Source: Budvicia diplopodorum
Lineage (GTDB): Bacteria > Pseudomonadota > Gammaproteobacteria > Enterobacterales > Enterobacteriaceae
DNA: 24,000 nucleotides
Assembly (NCBI RefSeq): GCF_009800925.1
Contig: NZ_WOYF01000006.1
Span: forward strand, 19,937-43,936
Direction of reading: 5' to 3'
The position numbers and the translations under genes are program-made. Shown piece after piece: positions 1-9,498 of the stretch (position 1 is its first letter; every line of letters begins with the position of its first letter). The notes beneath the pieces are model-generated. The model did no database searches. It saw nothing but the letters and a program-made list of their open reading frames with translations, and was not told where the DNA came from.

Positions 1-834
1 ATTGAGTAGCTCGTAACCGGCGCGGATAACCCGATTTAAGCCCGGCTCGGTAATACCCAGTTCAGCCATAAACTCTTCGCGTTCGTCATCTTCCAGTTCA
101 GCAATGTCGGACTCAACGGCAGCGCATACGGCAACCACTACGGAACCTTCCGCCGCGGCGATTTTGCGTACTTGATCCAGATAAGGGTTATTTTCAAAGC
201 CGTCTTCATTAACGTTGGCAATGTACATGGTTGGCTTTAAGGTCAGGAAGCTTAAGTATCTAATTGCCGCTTTTTCTTCCGCGTCCAGATCCAGCGCACG
301 TAACATGCCAGCGTTTTCTAACTGTGGTAAACATTTTTCTAAGGCTGACAGTTCAACTTTTGCGTCTTTATCGCCGCCTTTTGCCTTTTTCTGCACGCGG
401 TGAATAGCGCGTTCACAGGTATCTAAATCGGAAAGGGCCAGTTCAGTGTTGATGGTGTCAATATCTTCCGCCGGATCGACCTTGCCTGAAACGTGAATAA
501 TGTTGTCATTATCAAAGCAACGCACTACGTGGCCAATTGCTTCAGTTTCACGAATGTTAGTTAGAAACTGATTGCCTAAGCCTTCACCCTTAGAGGCGCC
601 TTTAACCAGACCGGCAATATCAACAAATTCCATCGTAGTCGGTAGAATACGCTGAGGCTTAACGATTTCAGCTAACTGATCCAAACGCGAATCAGGCATA
701 GGAACAACGCCGGTATTAGGCTCGATGGTACAGAACGGAAAGTTAGCTGCTTCGATACCCGCTTTAGTTAACGCATTAAACAGGGTTGATTTACCAACGT
801 TAGGCAGCCCGACGATACCGCATTTGAATCCCAT
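1..834 (-). CDS. ychF: Ribosome-binding ATPase YchF (Obg-like), first 278 codons; the 3' end lies beyond the window start
   Basis: Absent from the ORF track because it is open at the window edge. Reverse translation from the ATG at 834..832 gives [38 protein letters not shown]... with the P-loop GLPNVGKS. The frame stays open to base 1 (...GYELLN) and is collinear with E. coli YchF. Confidence 0.95.
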   Translation of the reverse strand, partial: MGFKCGIVGLPNVGKSTLFNALTKAGIEAANFPFCTIEPNTGVVPMPDSRLDQLAEIVKPQRILPTTMEFVDIAGLVKGASKGEGLGNQFLTNIRETEAIGHVVRCFDNDNIIHVSGKVDPAEDIDTINTELALSDLDTCERAIHRVQKKAKGGDKDAKVELSALEKCLPQLENAGMLRALDLDAEEKAAIRYLSFLTLKPTMYIANVNEDGFENNPYLDQVRKIAAAEGSVVVAVCAAVESDIAELEDDEREEFMAELGITEPGLNRVIRAGYELLN

Positions 835-1119
835 AACTCATATTACCTTAAAATTGTTTGAAATCAGCGCGTTAGATAAGTTCTTCTAAATGCGCTCTAA
901 ATTATTGCGCTATTATACACATTATGCGGTTTTAATCTCTATCCACTACGGCCGTTCAGGCTGTGGTATTCGCCAGCTTTAGGCCAGATAGCAAGGAAGG
1001 GGCGTTTTCTCAGTTTAATTTCACACTTGAACATAACGCATGTTTCTGCAATTTTCACCTTGAGTCTGGTAGGGATTTATAGCTTAATGAGGGTAGGCTA
1101 GTTAATTGATAGGTGATTT

Positions 1120-1308
1120 ATGTCTCAAAAAATGGACCCAATACGACAAATTATCGGTGAAATGGTTGTTAAGCTGTGTGATGCAAAATTACCAATAGAT
1201 AAAGATTCAATATCAGAAAAATTATTGAGGGTGACGCGTAAAGAGCCTGCCGGATCGGAAAGGAATAGAACGGCTACGTTAGCGCTTGAGTTTTTAGGCT
1301 GTAGCTAA
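1120..1308 (+). CDS. Small 62-aa protein, likely YcgZ/YmgA/AriR(YmgB)-family connector or biofilm regulator
   Basis: The core IIGEMVVKLCDAKLPIDKDSISEKLL follows the LGxxVxxL...(I/V)(N/D)xxxIxxxL pattern that I recall for E. coli YcgZ and AriR. A perfect 30-nt palindrome follows it. The Shine-Dalgarno is weak (GGTGA, short spacer). Confidence 0.5.
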   Translation: MSQKMDPIRQIIGEMVVKLCDAKLPIDKDSISEKLLRVTRKEPAGSERNRTATLALEFLGCS

Positions 1309-1345
1309 GCCTAATTTTAAGTAATAAAGCTGATTGTTTATTATG

Positions 1346-1375
1346 ATGAGGATTCTTAATATTAAGAATCCTCAT
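1346..1375. terminator. Perfect 30-nt palindrome between convergent genes, possibly a bidirectional terminator
   Basis: ATGAGGATTCTTAATATTAAGAATCCTCAT is its own reverse complement. It lies between the 3' ends of the 1120-1308 (+) and 1443-1712 (-) ORFs. There is no strong U-tract on either side. Confidence 0.4.
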
Positions 1376-1442
1376 ATTGATGACAATACAGGCGTAAATT
1401 CTTACATAACGAATCTAAAGGCTTTACACCTTATTTCATTTA

Positions 1443-1712
1443 TTATTTATACACTTCGGCAGAAGCGAAAACTTTGCCTTTTTCGTTCATAGCAATAACT
1501 ACAAAGTAAGTTCCACCTTTTTCGTCAGCTAGCTTAGATAATTGCTTTATCGCTGTGTCAGACGTTTTCGCTTCACCCGACGTACTCACTTCACCAATCA
1601 ATTGATATTTATTTTCTTTAGCCTGCTCTCTGGTAATTTCAGTGGCAGCCAATGCACTTAGTGAAAATGTGCCGACAATTAAAGCAACTGCTAACGTTTT
1701 TAACGCTTTCAT
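1443..1712 (-). CDS. BhsA/McbA/YdgH-family (DUF1471) periplasmic stress-resistance protein
   Basis: It has a signal peptide (MKALKTLAVALIVGTFSLSALA) and a mature domain ending ...KLADEKGGTYFVVIAM...AEVYK. The size and architecture match E. coli BhsA (YcfR), which ends in IYK. Confidence 0.8.
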   Translation of the reverse strand: MKALKTLAVALIVGTFSLSALAATEITREQAKENKYQLIGEVSTSGEAKTSDTAIKQLSKLADEKGGTYFVVIAMNEKGKVFASAEVYK

Positions 1713-2000
1713 GATTATTCCTTAGTAATGGTTAGATAACGATTAATAAAAAGTAATGCATGCTAAGTATTTAATGGTCTGGTCATCTGTCAAATTAAAA
1801 CAGATAAAATATCTAATTATTACTATTTTTTGATTATATATTTTTAAAATTAGCGGGCTGCTGGGGTTTTATAAAATCAGGATGCAATCTCAAGTTAATA
1901 GTGATTCAAACTGTATTAATTTAAATATATGGAGAATAACTCTGCATCAAGGCGATTGATTCAGAGCATATGCAAAGCGAGCCCGGGGTGGGTGTTAAGT

Positions 2001-2027
2001 AAAACAAAACCCTCGATAGAGGGTTTT
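2001..2027 (-). terminator. Rho-independent terminator downstream of the entericidin-like gene
   Basis: The stem AAAACCCTC / GAGGGTTTT has a GATA loop. On the minus strand a T-rich run (GTTTT) follows it. Confidence 0.6.
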
Positions 2028-2048
2028 GTGGTCATGCAGATACAGGGC

Positions 2049-2183
2049 TTAGTAGGTACTTTGCTGTATTGCTTCGCCGCCAGCTTTGATATCTTCCCCA
2101 ACGCCACGAGTGGTGTTACAGGCCGACAGCAGGCCGCAGAGAACGAGTAACGAAGCGATAACGGCCATGCGTTTTTTTATCAT
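2049..2183 (-). CDS. ecnB: Entericidin-family small lipoprotein, EcnB-like (44 aa)
   Basis: Starting from the internal Met gives [44 protein letters not shown]. It has a lipobox (LSAC) and the [11 protein letters not shown] core that I recall from E. coli EcnB. An AAGGAA Shine-Dalgarno lies 8 nt upstream. The 62-aa track ORF is an upstream extension. Confidence 0.85.
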   Translation of the reverse strand: MIKKRMAVIASLLVLCGLLSACNTTRGVGEDIKAGGEAIQQSTY

Positions 2184-2275
2184 TGCAGTGATTCCTTGTA
2201 ATAGACAAATAGGATTCACTATTAAGACTAGCCGCAATTATCTTAATGTCCAAATATTAGGCAAATTTATTGGAG

Positions 2276-2473
2276 TTAATCCAGCAGAGCCAAAACGCCA
2301 GAGATCAACTTCAGTTTTCCGATGTTGTTCTGCGGTGTAGTGCTAATCATGCCTTGAAGCTCTGATTTTATCGCATCGCTGTTTATAAGCGCTTCTTTCT
2401 TTATCAGGGCGTAAACAGCTTCGCCAAGTAATTTCATATTATCATTATGTACCAGCGTGTGGCTTGGCTTCAT
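2276..2473 (-). CDS. Small 65-aa protein, likely YcgZ/YmgA/AriR(YmgB)-family, a paralogue of the 1120-1308 ORF
   Basis: Starting at Met21 of the track ORF (GGAAG Shine-Dalgarno 8 nt upstream) gives MKPSHTLVHNDNMKLLGEAVYALIKKEALINSDAIKSELQGMISTT.... The segment LLGEAVyaL...INsdAIkseL parallels AriR (VLGQAVTNL...VNNKNIILSL) and the first small ORF. Confidence 0.5.
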   Translation of the reverse strand: MKPSHTLVHNDNMKLLGEAVYALIKKEALINSDAIKSELQGMISTTPQNNIGKLKLISGVLALLD

Positions 2474-2759
2474 GGGTGTACTTCCGTGATTAAATTTAGC
2501 GGTGGTCAATATACCACTCAACGATAATGGCAACGATTAATTTCATCGAATGTTAATTCTAATTGCTCAATAAGCATACAGAATCAGAGCTGGCAGTAAA
2601 AGATGATTTAAAATAATGACCATCGTCGCTCAGGATTTTCCATTGATTAATATGCGGGGCCGAGTTTGATGAGGGTGATAGAGAATCAGCCTACTTATTT
2701 ATTGGTAGTCAATGATATACTAGGAGAATAATGGTTTTAGCTAGGGAGCAATAGCGTTT

Positions 2760-2990
2760 ATGAAGTTTTACAACGAAACCGATCACGACGGATTGAGTAC
2801 CGATATTTGCTATAGCGTCTATATACTGGGCGTTCATCTGCGGGCTTCTAAGCGGGTTAGTTCGCCGGCAACGAGAATTAAAAATGAACAGGCTAAGAAG
2901 GCCTTACGAAAATCGTTATGTAAAACTAAAAAATTTATCCAAATCCATCAGCTATCTGAAGACGCTTGGACCGCTTTTTGCGACCAATAG
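2760..2990 (+). CDS. Hypothetical 76-aa basic protein, no family recognised
   Basis: The ORF has a GGGAG upstream and a good rho-independent terminator about 30 nt downstream. I recognised no motif. Confidence 0.4.
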   Translation: MKFYNETDHDGLSTDICYSVYILGVHLRASKRVSSPATRIKNEQAKKALRKSLCKTKKFIQIHQLSEDAWTAFCDQ

Positions 2991-3021
2991 TCGTTTATAT
3001 ACTGTTTGCATTTGTTTGACT

Positions 3022-3052
3022 AAGCGCTTTGCTATTCAAGGCGCTTTTTTTA
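3022..3052 (+). terminator. Rho-independent terminator
   Basis: AAGCGCTTTG-CTATT-CAAGGCGCTT forms a 10-bp stem with one G.U pair, followed by TTTTTT. Confidence 0.7.
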
Positions 3053-3289
3053 TATTTATTAATTCTATTGGGTCGGAGCTATTTTATTTATTTTTATATA
3101 GATGAATAACGGAAAGATGAATAGCCAATTAACTTAATTATATTTAACCATGCTGATTATCAATTAAATTGAGTAGGGCGCTTATATGGAGTTATCGGTA
3201 TAAATACTCACCACGCCAATAAGTCGAAGAAAGTGAGTTAAACGGGCTTTTTTAGGCGGTTTTTTCTAACGTTCAGGCCGTCGCAAATC

Positions 3290-3540
3290 TCATCTTTTCA
3301 GCAGGTTGACACACTCCTTCTTGAAGATAGCCCGTTGGATGCCTTACGATTTGGCGATTTAGCGTTCGAAATAGGGTACAGGCAAGGCCCTCTTATCAGA
3401 GGAAAAAAACGGTAGTAACCGCGTGGACTTACGGCTGATTGTAGCTGAACCAATCGGCCGCGGCGCGTTGTATAGCCTATATATAGCCGTAGATATGGAA
3501 ATCTAAGTTGGCTTAATACCCTGAACAACTTCGGGGTATT
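3290..3540. other. GC-richer, hairpin-rich non-coding block, either a structured RNA or a decayed gene remnant
   Basis: There is no intact ORF with a start codon. Local helices include CCTCT-TATC-AGAGG, GATTG-N9-CAATC, TACGGCT...AGCCGTA and ATACCCTG-N..-CGGGGTAT. Two protein-like reading segments (3305-3412 and 3408-3503) are offset by one base at an A7 run (3403-3409). Confidence 0.3.
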
Positions 3541-3733
3541 ACTGAGCTAATTCATATTTTATTAGCCTATCCGCATTTAAAATTAATTAGTCAATAATTA
3601 GAAATTCCCTCCGCCAGCGCCTACAATTACCCTGTTGTAACGAAATTTTTAGTCATTTTAGTCGAATAATACGCATTAAAGCGTTGAATCTGGTTTCAAT
3701 GAATTTTCTGAATGAAATGATTTAGGGGGATAT

Positions 3734-3982
3734 ATGAGTTTTCTTACGTGGATCGTACTAGGGCTAATCGTGGGTATTTTGGCTAAATGGGTGATGCCAG
3801 GACGCGACGGCGGTGGCTTTATCGTGACCATTATTCTGGGAATTATCGGCGCATTGGTCGGTGGGTTTATCAGCTCATTCTTTGGTTTTGGTACCGTAGA
3901 CGGTTTCAATTTTGGCAGTATGGTCATTGCCGTTCTCGGCGCTCTGCTAGTACTGTTTGTCTACCGTAAAATACGAAGCTAA
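3734..3982 (+). CDS. ymgE: GlsB/YeaQ/YmgE-family stress-response membrane protein (transglycosylase-associated)
   Basis: MSFLTWIVLGLIVGILAKWVMPGRDGGGF...VDGFNFGS...VYRKIRS is nearly collinear with E. coli YmgE. An AGGGGG Shine-Dalgarno precedes it. Confidence 0.92.
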   Translation: MSFLTWIVLGLIVGILAKWVMPGRDGGGFIVTIILGIIGALVGGFISSFFGFGTVDGFNFGSMVIAVLGALLVLFVYRKIRS

Positions 3983-4001
3983 GTTTTAGTTTTAAAATAA
4001 T

Positions 4002-4040
4002 AAAGCCGCCGGTTTCTGTTGAACCCGGCGGCTTTATTTA
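4002..4040. terminator. Bidirectional rho-independent terminator between ymgE (+) and pth (-)
   Basis: The stem AAAGCCGCCGG / CCGGCGGCTTT is flanked by A-runs and T-runs on both sides. Confidence 0.8.
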
Positions 4041-4066
4041 TTGCTGAACGTTATCTATTGAATAAA

Positions 4067-4657
4067 CTAGGCGAGTGCTTTAAATGCATGCAATCGGTTC
4101 ATCGCCTTTGTCATATCGTCTTTAATCAGAATATCCGTGCAGCGAACGGCCTCATCGATAGCGTCATCAATCATCTTTTGTTCGCTTTGCGGCGGTTTAC
4201 CCAGCACAAATCCGGTAACCTTATTTTTATCTCCCGGATGACCAATGCCAATTCGTAACCGATAGAAATTGGGATTATTACTAAATTTATTGGTGATGTC
4301 TTTCAAACCGTTATGCCCACCGTTACCGCCGCCCAGTTTCAGCTTAGCTACGCCCGGAGGAAGGTCTAGCTCATCGTGTGCGACCAGAATTTCTTCGGGA
4401 GCAATGCGGAAAAATCCGGCCATTGCCAGTACTGATTTACCGCTTAAGTTCATAAAGGTAGTCGGAACCAGCAGGCGAATATCCTGACCGTCGATGCTTA
4501 ATCGCGCGGTATAGCCAAAAAATTTAGCTTCTTCTTTCAGCGACTGATTGTAACGCTCGGCCAGTAGATCAACATACCAAGCCCCGGCGTTATGACGGGT
4601 TTGGGCATATTCCGCTCCCGGATTTGCTAAACCAACAATTAATTTAATGCTGCTCAC
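4067..4657 (-). CDS. pth: Peptidyl-tRNA hydrolase
   Basis: The 196-aa ORF has a GTG start. [30 protein letters not shown]... is collinear with E. coli Pth. Confidence 0.97.
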   Translation of the reverse strand: MSSIKLIVGLANPGAEYAQTRHNAGAWYVDLLAERYNQSLKEEAKFFGYTARLSIDGQDIRLLVPTTFMNLSGKSVLAMAGFFRIAPEEILVAHDELDLPPGVAKLKLGGGNGGHNGLKDITNKFSNNPNFYRLRIGIGHPGDKNKVTGFVLGKPPQSEQKMIDDAIDEAVRCTDILIKDDMTKAMNRLHAFKALA

Positions 4658-5020
4658 GGTCTTTTCCTACTAAGTTTGGTGCGCAGGGCGCATCCCTATG
4701 CACAATAGGGAAGAGATGCAAAATATCAAGCGGGCTATTTTACCCTCTCAGGCCTGAATCGCAAAGTTCACCGTGTAACGCTATGCCTTCTTATGACAAA
4801 TAGGCTGTTTTCAACAGGCTAAACCAATCATAGGCACGTTTTGCACCGTTAGTTGATTTTGTCAAATTTAGTCAATAAAAATGTAAGTAAATTGTAATGA
4901 ACATCCTAAGTCTGTGATCGGTAACACTTCCAAAATAGGCTCTTGGGCCTATACTCAGAGTAAATGTGTGGGTTAACTCTATCGCACAGTCATGTTAGCC
5001 AGCCCTTAATGGAGGTTCTT

Positions 5021-5284
5021 ATGAAACGCAAAACCGCAGTGGTATTAGGCAATGTTTTGATGGGCGTTGGATTGGTCCTTATGATCGGCAGCATTGCTTT
5101 TACCGTTTTGGGGTTATTGAAGGACTTTTTCTTACCGGGGGCTCAGGCTCATTTACCCATTGTGGGCATCTTTATCGGCGCATTAGTTTGGTTGATTGGC
5201 GCACGCCTTGGCGGTCGTGAAAAAATAGAGGACCGCTATTGGTGGATCAAGCACGGTGGCCGAAATGACGGCTTTAAGCATTAA
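5021..5284 (+). CDS. ychH: Inner-membrane stress-induced protein YchH
   Basis: MKRKTAVVLGNVLMG...ALVWLIGARLGGREKIEDRYWWIKH matches E. coli YchH. A GGAGG Shine-Dalgarno sits at 5011-5015. The track start at 4964 is an upstream extension. Confidence 0.9.
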   Translation: MKRKTAVVLGNVLMGVGLVLMIGSIAFTVLGLLKDFFLPGAQAHLPIVGIFIGALVWLIGARLGGREKIEDRYWWIKHGGRNDGFKH

Positions 5285-5360
5285 TCTTATTGATGAGTGA
5301 CTGTGGGTGATTAATGAAGGTTTGCTGCACCAAATGAAATGGGCGAGCCGAATGACAGTA

Positions 5361-5398
5361 AAAAGCCCGTTATTCACAAAATGAATAACGGGCTTTTT
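5361..5398. terminator. Bidirectional rho-independent terminator between ychH (+) and prs (-)
   Basis: AAAAGCCCGTTATTCA-CAAAA-TGAATAACGGGCTTTTT. Confidence 0.85.
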
Positions 5399-5415
5399 GT
5401 CAGCACTAATTTCTA

Positions 5416-6396
<981 letters not shown>

Positions 6397-6454
6397 TCAT
6401 CGAGTGCATAGAGTAAACTTAACTCATTGATGATATGCGAAAATAGAGAACACT

Positions 6455-6502
6455 AATGCTGTAAACAGCGCTGACTCCAAGCTTAGCTTTGGTTACAGCA
6501 TT
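6455..6502 (-). terminator. Long hairpin between the ispE stop and prs, possibly a terminator or attenuator
   Basis: The outer stem AATGCTGTAA / TTACAGCATT (10 bp) encloses an imperfect CCAAGCT/AGCTTTGG helix. On the minus strand a moderately T-rich tail follows. Confidence 0.4.
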
Positions 6503-6512
6503 AAAGTAGATC

Positions 6513-7352
6513 TCATACTTGCCTTGAGAGTAAGGTCTGCAACGGGGAAGCATTCACTCCACGCGCAACAAATCCATGTAACCACTCAGGGGCTTTTTTT
6601 AATACGTCACGGGCAGCAGATTCTGTATCGAATTCGGCAAATACACAAGCACCGGTTCCGGTTAAACGTGACGGGGCATATTGTAACAGCCAAGAAATGA
6701 GCTGTTCAACCTCGGGGAACCTTTTTCTTGCGATTGGTTCACAATCATTTGAAAAAGGGCTACTTAAAAGCGTTAATAATGACCGTTTTGGCGTATTTCT
6801 GACTAATTCCGCATCTGAAAAAATAGTTGGGGTGGGAATATGTACTCCCGGATGAGCAATCAAATACCATTTTTCAGGTGGATTAGCCGGCTGAAGTTGC
6901 TCACCAACGCCTTGCGCAAATGCAGAATGGCCATAGATGAAAACCGGAACGTCGGCACCCAGCGTCAGGCCAAGTTTGCACAACTGCTCAACCGACAGGC
7001 CGCATTGCCACAGATGGTTCAGTGCGACTAATACCGTTGCCGCGTTGGATGAACCTCCGCCTAAGCCACCGCCCATGGGTAAAATCTTAGCTATAGATAT
7101 ATCAACCCCGAATGAACTGCCGCTGGCGGACTTCAGCAGCTTGGCCGCTCGAATAATGAGGTTCCGATCGTCCTCAACGCCGTCAATCGGGGTTATCAGA
7201 CGGATGGTGCCATCGTGGCGCAGGCTAAAATTCAGGGTATCGCCATAGTCAACAAACTGAAACAAGGTTTGCAAATCATGGTAGCCGTCTGAGCGACGGC
7301 CGGTGATATATAAAAACAAATTGAGTTTGGCAGGAGAAGGCCAGTTCACCAT
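6513..7352 (-). CDS. ispE: 4-diphosphocytidyl-2-C-methyl-D-erythritol kinase
   Basis: [28 protein letters not shown] and [14 protein letters not shown] are collinear with E. coli IspE. Its start codon abuts the lolB stop. Confidence 0.97.
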   Translation of the reverse strand: MVNWPSPAKLNLFLYITGRRSDGYHDLQTLFQFVDYGDTLNFSLRHDGTIRLITPIDGVEDDRNLIIRAAKLLKSASGSSFGVDISIAKILPMGGGLGGGSSNAATVLVALNHLWQCGLSVEQLCKLGLTLGADVPVFIYGHSAFAQGVGEQLQPANPPEKWYLIAHPGVHIPTPTIFSDAELVRNTPKRSLLTLLSSPFSNDCEPIARKRFPEVEQLISWLLQYAPSRLTGTGACVFAEFDTESAARDVLKKAPEWLHGFVARGVNASPLQTLLSRQV

Positions 7353-7982
7353 TTATTGCAGCGTCCAGTTATCCATTTTTAATTTGATGCGATCGTCGCC
7401 GTGAACAATCTCTAACAGGCTAGGAAGCGTCGGTTGGCTATTGGCATCGTATTTCTGATAGTCAACAACCCACAGTTCACCGTTCTGATCTAATGAAACC
7501 TTTTTCAGCCGGGCTTCCGGCGTCAGCGTAAAGTCTTTAGCGCCCGCTGGTAGGCCCAGCATCCATTTACGCATATTGTTTAGCGGAATGTTCATGCCGG
7601 TCATTTCTTGAATCATTTTCTCTGCGTCATCGCTGACATAACGCTGGCCTTTATCGTCGGTTAACTGAACCAGACCTGGCTGAACGTTAAGTTCCATCAC
7701 GGTGTTACCCAAAGGGTTGGTTAACAATAGGCGATAGCGCTCGGGTTGATCCTGCTGCCAGAAGAAACGGGCATACACCTTTTGCGTGGAGTTGATATAG
7801 GCAAATGAACCGCGGGTTTGGTATTGAGTGAGCGCTTCAACCTGTTTTTCATGCTGTTGCCATTCGGGTGAAGTCACGGCAGCAGGCGGCTTACCCGACT
7901 GGCCGGTCAGGGTACAAGCGGTTAGCAATAAGCTTGCCAGTGGAACAAGTTTTAAAAGTGTAGAAGTGCGTATAAAAGTCAT
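7353..7982 (-). CDS. lolB: Outer-membrane lipoprotein receptor LolB
   Basis: Starting from the internal Met gives MTFIRTSTLLKLVPLASLLLTAC (lipobox LTAC) followed by ...QYQTRGSFAYI...KVYARFFWQQ...RYRLLLTNPLG, as in E. coli LolB. The track ORF extending to 8096 is an N-terminal extension. Confidence 0.93.
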   Translation of the reverse strand: MTFIRTSTLLKLVPLASLLLTACTLTGQSGKPPAAVTSPEWQQHEKQVEALTQYQTRGSFAYINSTQKVYARFFWQQDQPERYRLLLTNPLGNTVMELNVQPGLVQLTDDKGQRYVSDDAEKMIQEMTGMNIPLNNMRKWMLGLPAGAKDFTLTPEARLKKVSLDQNGELWVVDYQKYDANSQPTLPSLLEIVHGDDRIKLKMDNWTLQ

Positions 7983-8205
7983 GAAGTTTTCGCCGCTGTC
8001 CTGTTGGTAACTGGTAACGCTAATAGCCTGAAGGCTAAACGTCAATTGGATTATTAAACTGGGGCAAAGTATACCCATTTGGGCGTATTTAATCATATCA
8101 GGGTGCGACTGGGGTATCTGTCGCTTTTATTGATTGTCCGCATCAAGTAGAATAAACGCCCGAAGCGTGACTCAATCCATTAAGAACGATAATTATAGCC
8201 GTTTA

Positions 8206-9468
8206 ATGACCCTGCTTGCACTTGGAATCAACCATAAGACAGCCCCTGTATCATTAAGAGAACGCGTAACTTTTTCTCCGGATACGCTGGGCGAGGCATT
8301 ACAAAGTCTTCATCAACAGCCGTTGGTGCAGGGCGGCGTTGTGCTGTCTACCTGTAATCGAACCGAACTCTACCTCAGCGTAGAAAAAGACGACAATGCG
8401 TTGTCGCAGCTAATGCTTTGGCTGTGCCAATATCATCACCTGTCGATCGATGACCTGAAAAACAGCCTGTACTGGCATAAAGACGTCGACGCGGTTAACC
8501 ATTTAATGCGCGTTGCCAGCGGGTTAGATTCTTTAATTCTTGGTGAACCCCAAATTCTGGGGCAGGTAAAGAAAGCCTTTGCCGAGTCGCAGGAACAACA
8601 CAAGCTCAACACCGAGCTGGAACGGCTATTTCATAAATCATTTTCCGTGGCTAAACGGGTTAGAACCGAAACTGAAATCGGTTCAAGCGCCGTTTCGGTC
8701 GCCTTTGCTGCCTGCACCTTAGCCCGCCAGATATTTGAATCCATGGCTGAGGTGAAAGTGTTATTAGTGGGCGCTGGCGAAACCATCGAGCTGGTTGCGC
8801 GCTATTTGCGTGAGCATCAGGTGAAGAAAATGGTGATTGCTAACCGAACCCGTGAACGGGCGCAGGTGCTGGCCGATGAAGTTCAGGCCGAAGTGATTAC
8901 GCTGTCTGAAATTGACGAGCGCCTGTATAAAGCCGACATCGTTATTAGTTCGACCGCCAGCCCGTTGCCGATTATTGGTAAAGGAATGGTTGAGCGTTCG
9001 CTCAAGAGCCGCCGCAATCAGCCCATGCTATTTATCGATATTGCCGTTCCGCGCGATATCGAGCCGGAAGTCGGCAAGCTACCCAACGTATACCTATACA
9101 CCGTTGACGACCTGCATGCGATTATTGAGCATAACCTGTCCCAGCGTAAAGCGGCGGCCGTGCTGGCAGAAGAGATTATTCAGCAAGAAAGTTCTAATTT
9201 TATGGAATGGATGCGTTCGCAGTCTGCGGTCTCAACCATTCGTGACTACCGCACAATGGCCGATAGTATTCGCGAAGAGTTGGTTGAAAAAACCCTCGCC
9301 GCGATTCAACAGGGAGCCGATGTCGAAAGCGCGATTAACGATCTTTCCCATAAGCTGACCAATCGCCTTATTCATGCACCAACCAAATCCCTTCAGAAAG
9401 CGGCCGGTAATGGCGATCTGGAACAGTTACATTTACTACGTGACAGCCTTGGGCTGGAACACTATTAG
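8206..9468 (+). CDS. hemA: Glutamyl-tRNA reductase
   Basis: [21 protein letters not shown]... is collinear with E. coli HemA. The track start at 8134 is a TTG-initiated extension. Confidence 0.96.
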   Translation: MTLLALGINHKTAPVSLRERVTFSPDTLGEALQSLHQQPLVQGGVVLSTCNRTELYLSVEKDDNALSQLMLWLCQYHHLSIDDLKNSLYWHKDVDAVNHLMRVASGLDSLILGEPQILGQVKKAFAESQEQHKLNTELERLFHKSFSVAKRVRTETEIGSSAVSVAFAACTLARQIFESMAEVKVLLVGAGETIELVARYLREHQVKKMVIANRTRERAQVLADEVQAEVITLSEIDERLYKADIVISSTASPLPIIGKGMVERSLKSRRNQPMLFIDIAVPRDIEPEVGKLPNVYLYTVDDLHAIIEHNLSQRKAAAVLAEEIIQQESSNFMEWMRSQSAVSTIRDYRTMADSIREELVEKTLAAIQQGADVESAINDLSHKLTNRLIHAPTKSLQKAAGNGDLEQLHLLRDSLGLEHY

Positions 9469-9498
9469 TTTCCTTTTATTCATAGGGTTTAGCTACGC

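Noticed and set aside
1929-2340. Plus-strand ORFs of 73 aa and 84 aa overlapping the entericidin gene
   Set aside because: They are antisense to a clearly recognisable EcnB-like lipoprotein gene and run through its terminator. They have no Shine-Dalgarno and no motifs.
3371-3390. A 10-nt identity (TAGGGTACAG) to the 5' end of the Spot 42 (spf) sRNA as I remember it
   Set aside because: The match does not extend and there is no Spot 42-like terminator. The genomic context is also wrong, since spf lies near polA. A single 10-mer match is within chance for a recalled sequence.
3298-3528. 76-aa minus-strand ORF in the unexplained GC-richer block
   Set aside because: The composition is Arg/Tyr/Pro-rich and not protein-like, and there is no Shine-Dalgarno. 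The block is reported instead as a possible RNA or gene remnant.
3493-3535. Short resemblances to RprA (ATGGAAATC; CCCTGA..AACAAC)
   Set aside because: There are only two short motifs in a different spacing, and the hairpin lacks a U-tract terminator. This is insufficient to call an RprA homologue.
3676-3969. ORFs overlapping ymgE: 83 aa on the minus strand and 60 aa in an alternative frame on the plus strand
   Set aside because: ymgE is near-identical in architecture to E. coli YmgE. The overlapping frames are Pro/Arg-rich artefacts.
7983-8205. N-terminal extensions of lolB (to 8096) and hemA (from the TTG at 8134) given in the ORF track
   Set aside because: The homologous proteins start at the internal Met codons (7982 and 8206). 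The extensions overlap each other in the divergent promoter region and contain no conserved sequence.
8912-9358. 148-aa alternative-frame ORF inside hemA, and other intragenic or antisense ORFs (215-403, 5825-6076, 6937-7248, 14326-14780, 15217-15612, 16487-16925, 17973-18434, 19306-19714, 21115-21345, 22108-22308)
   Set aside because: All lie within well-supported genes in other frames or on the other strand. Their composition is Arg/Ser/Pro/Thr-biased, as is typical of off-frame translation, and they have no independent signals.
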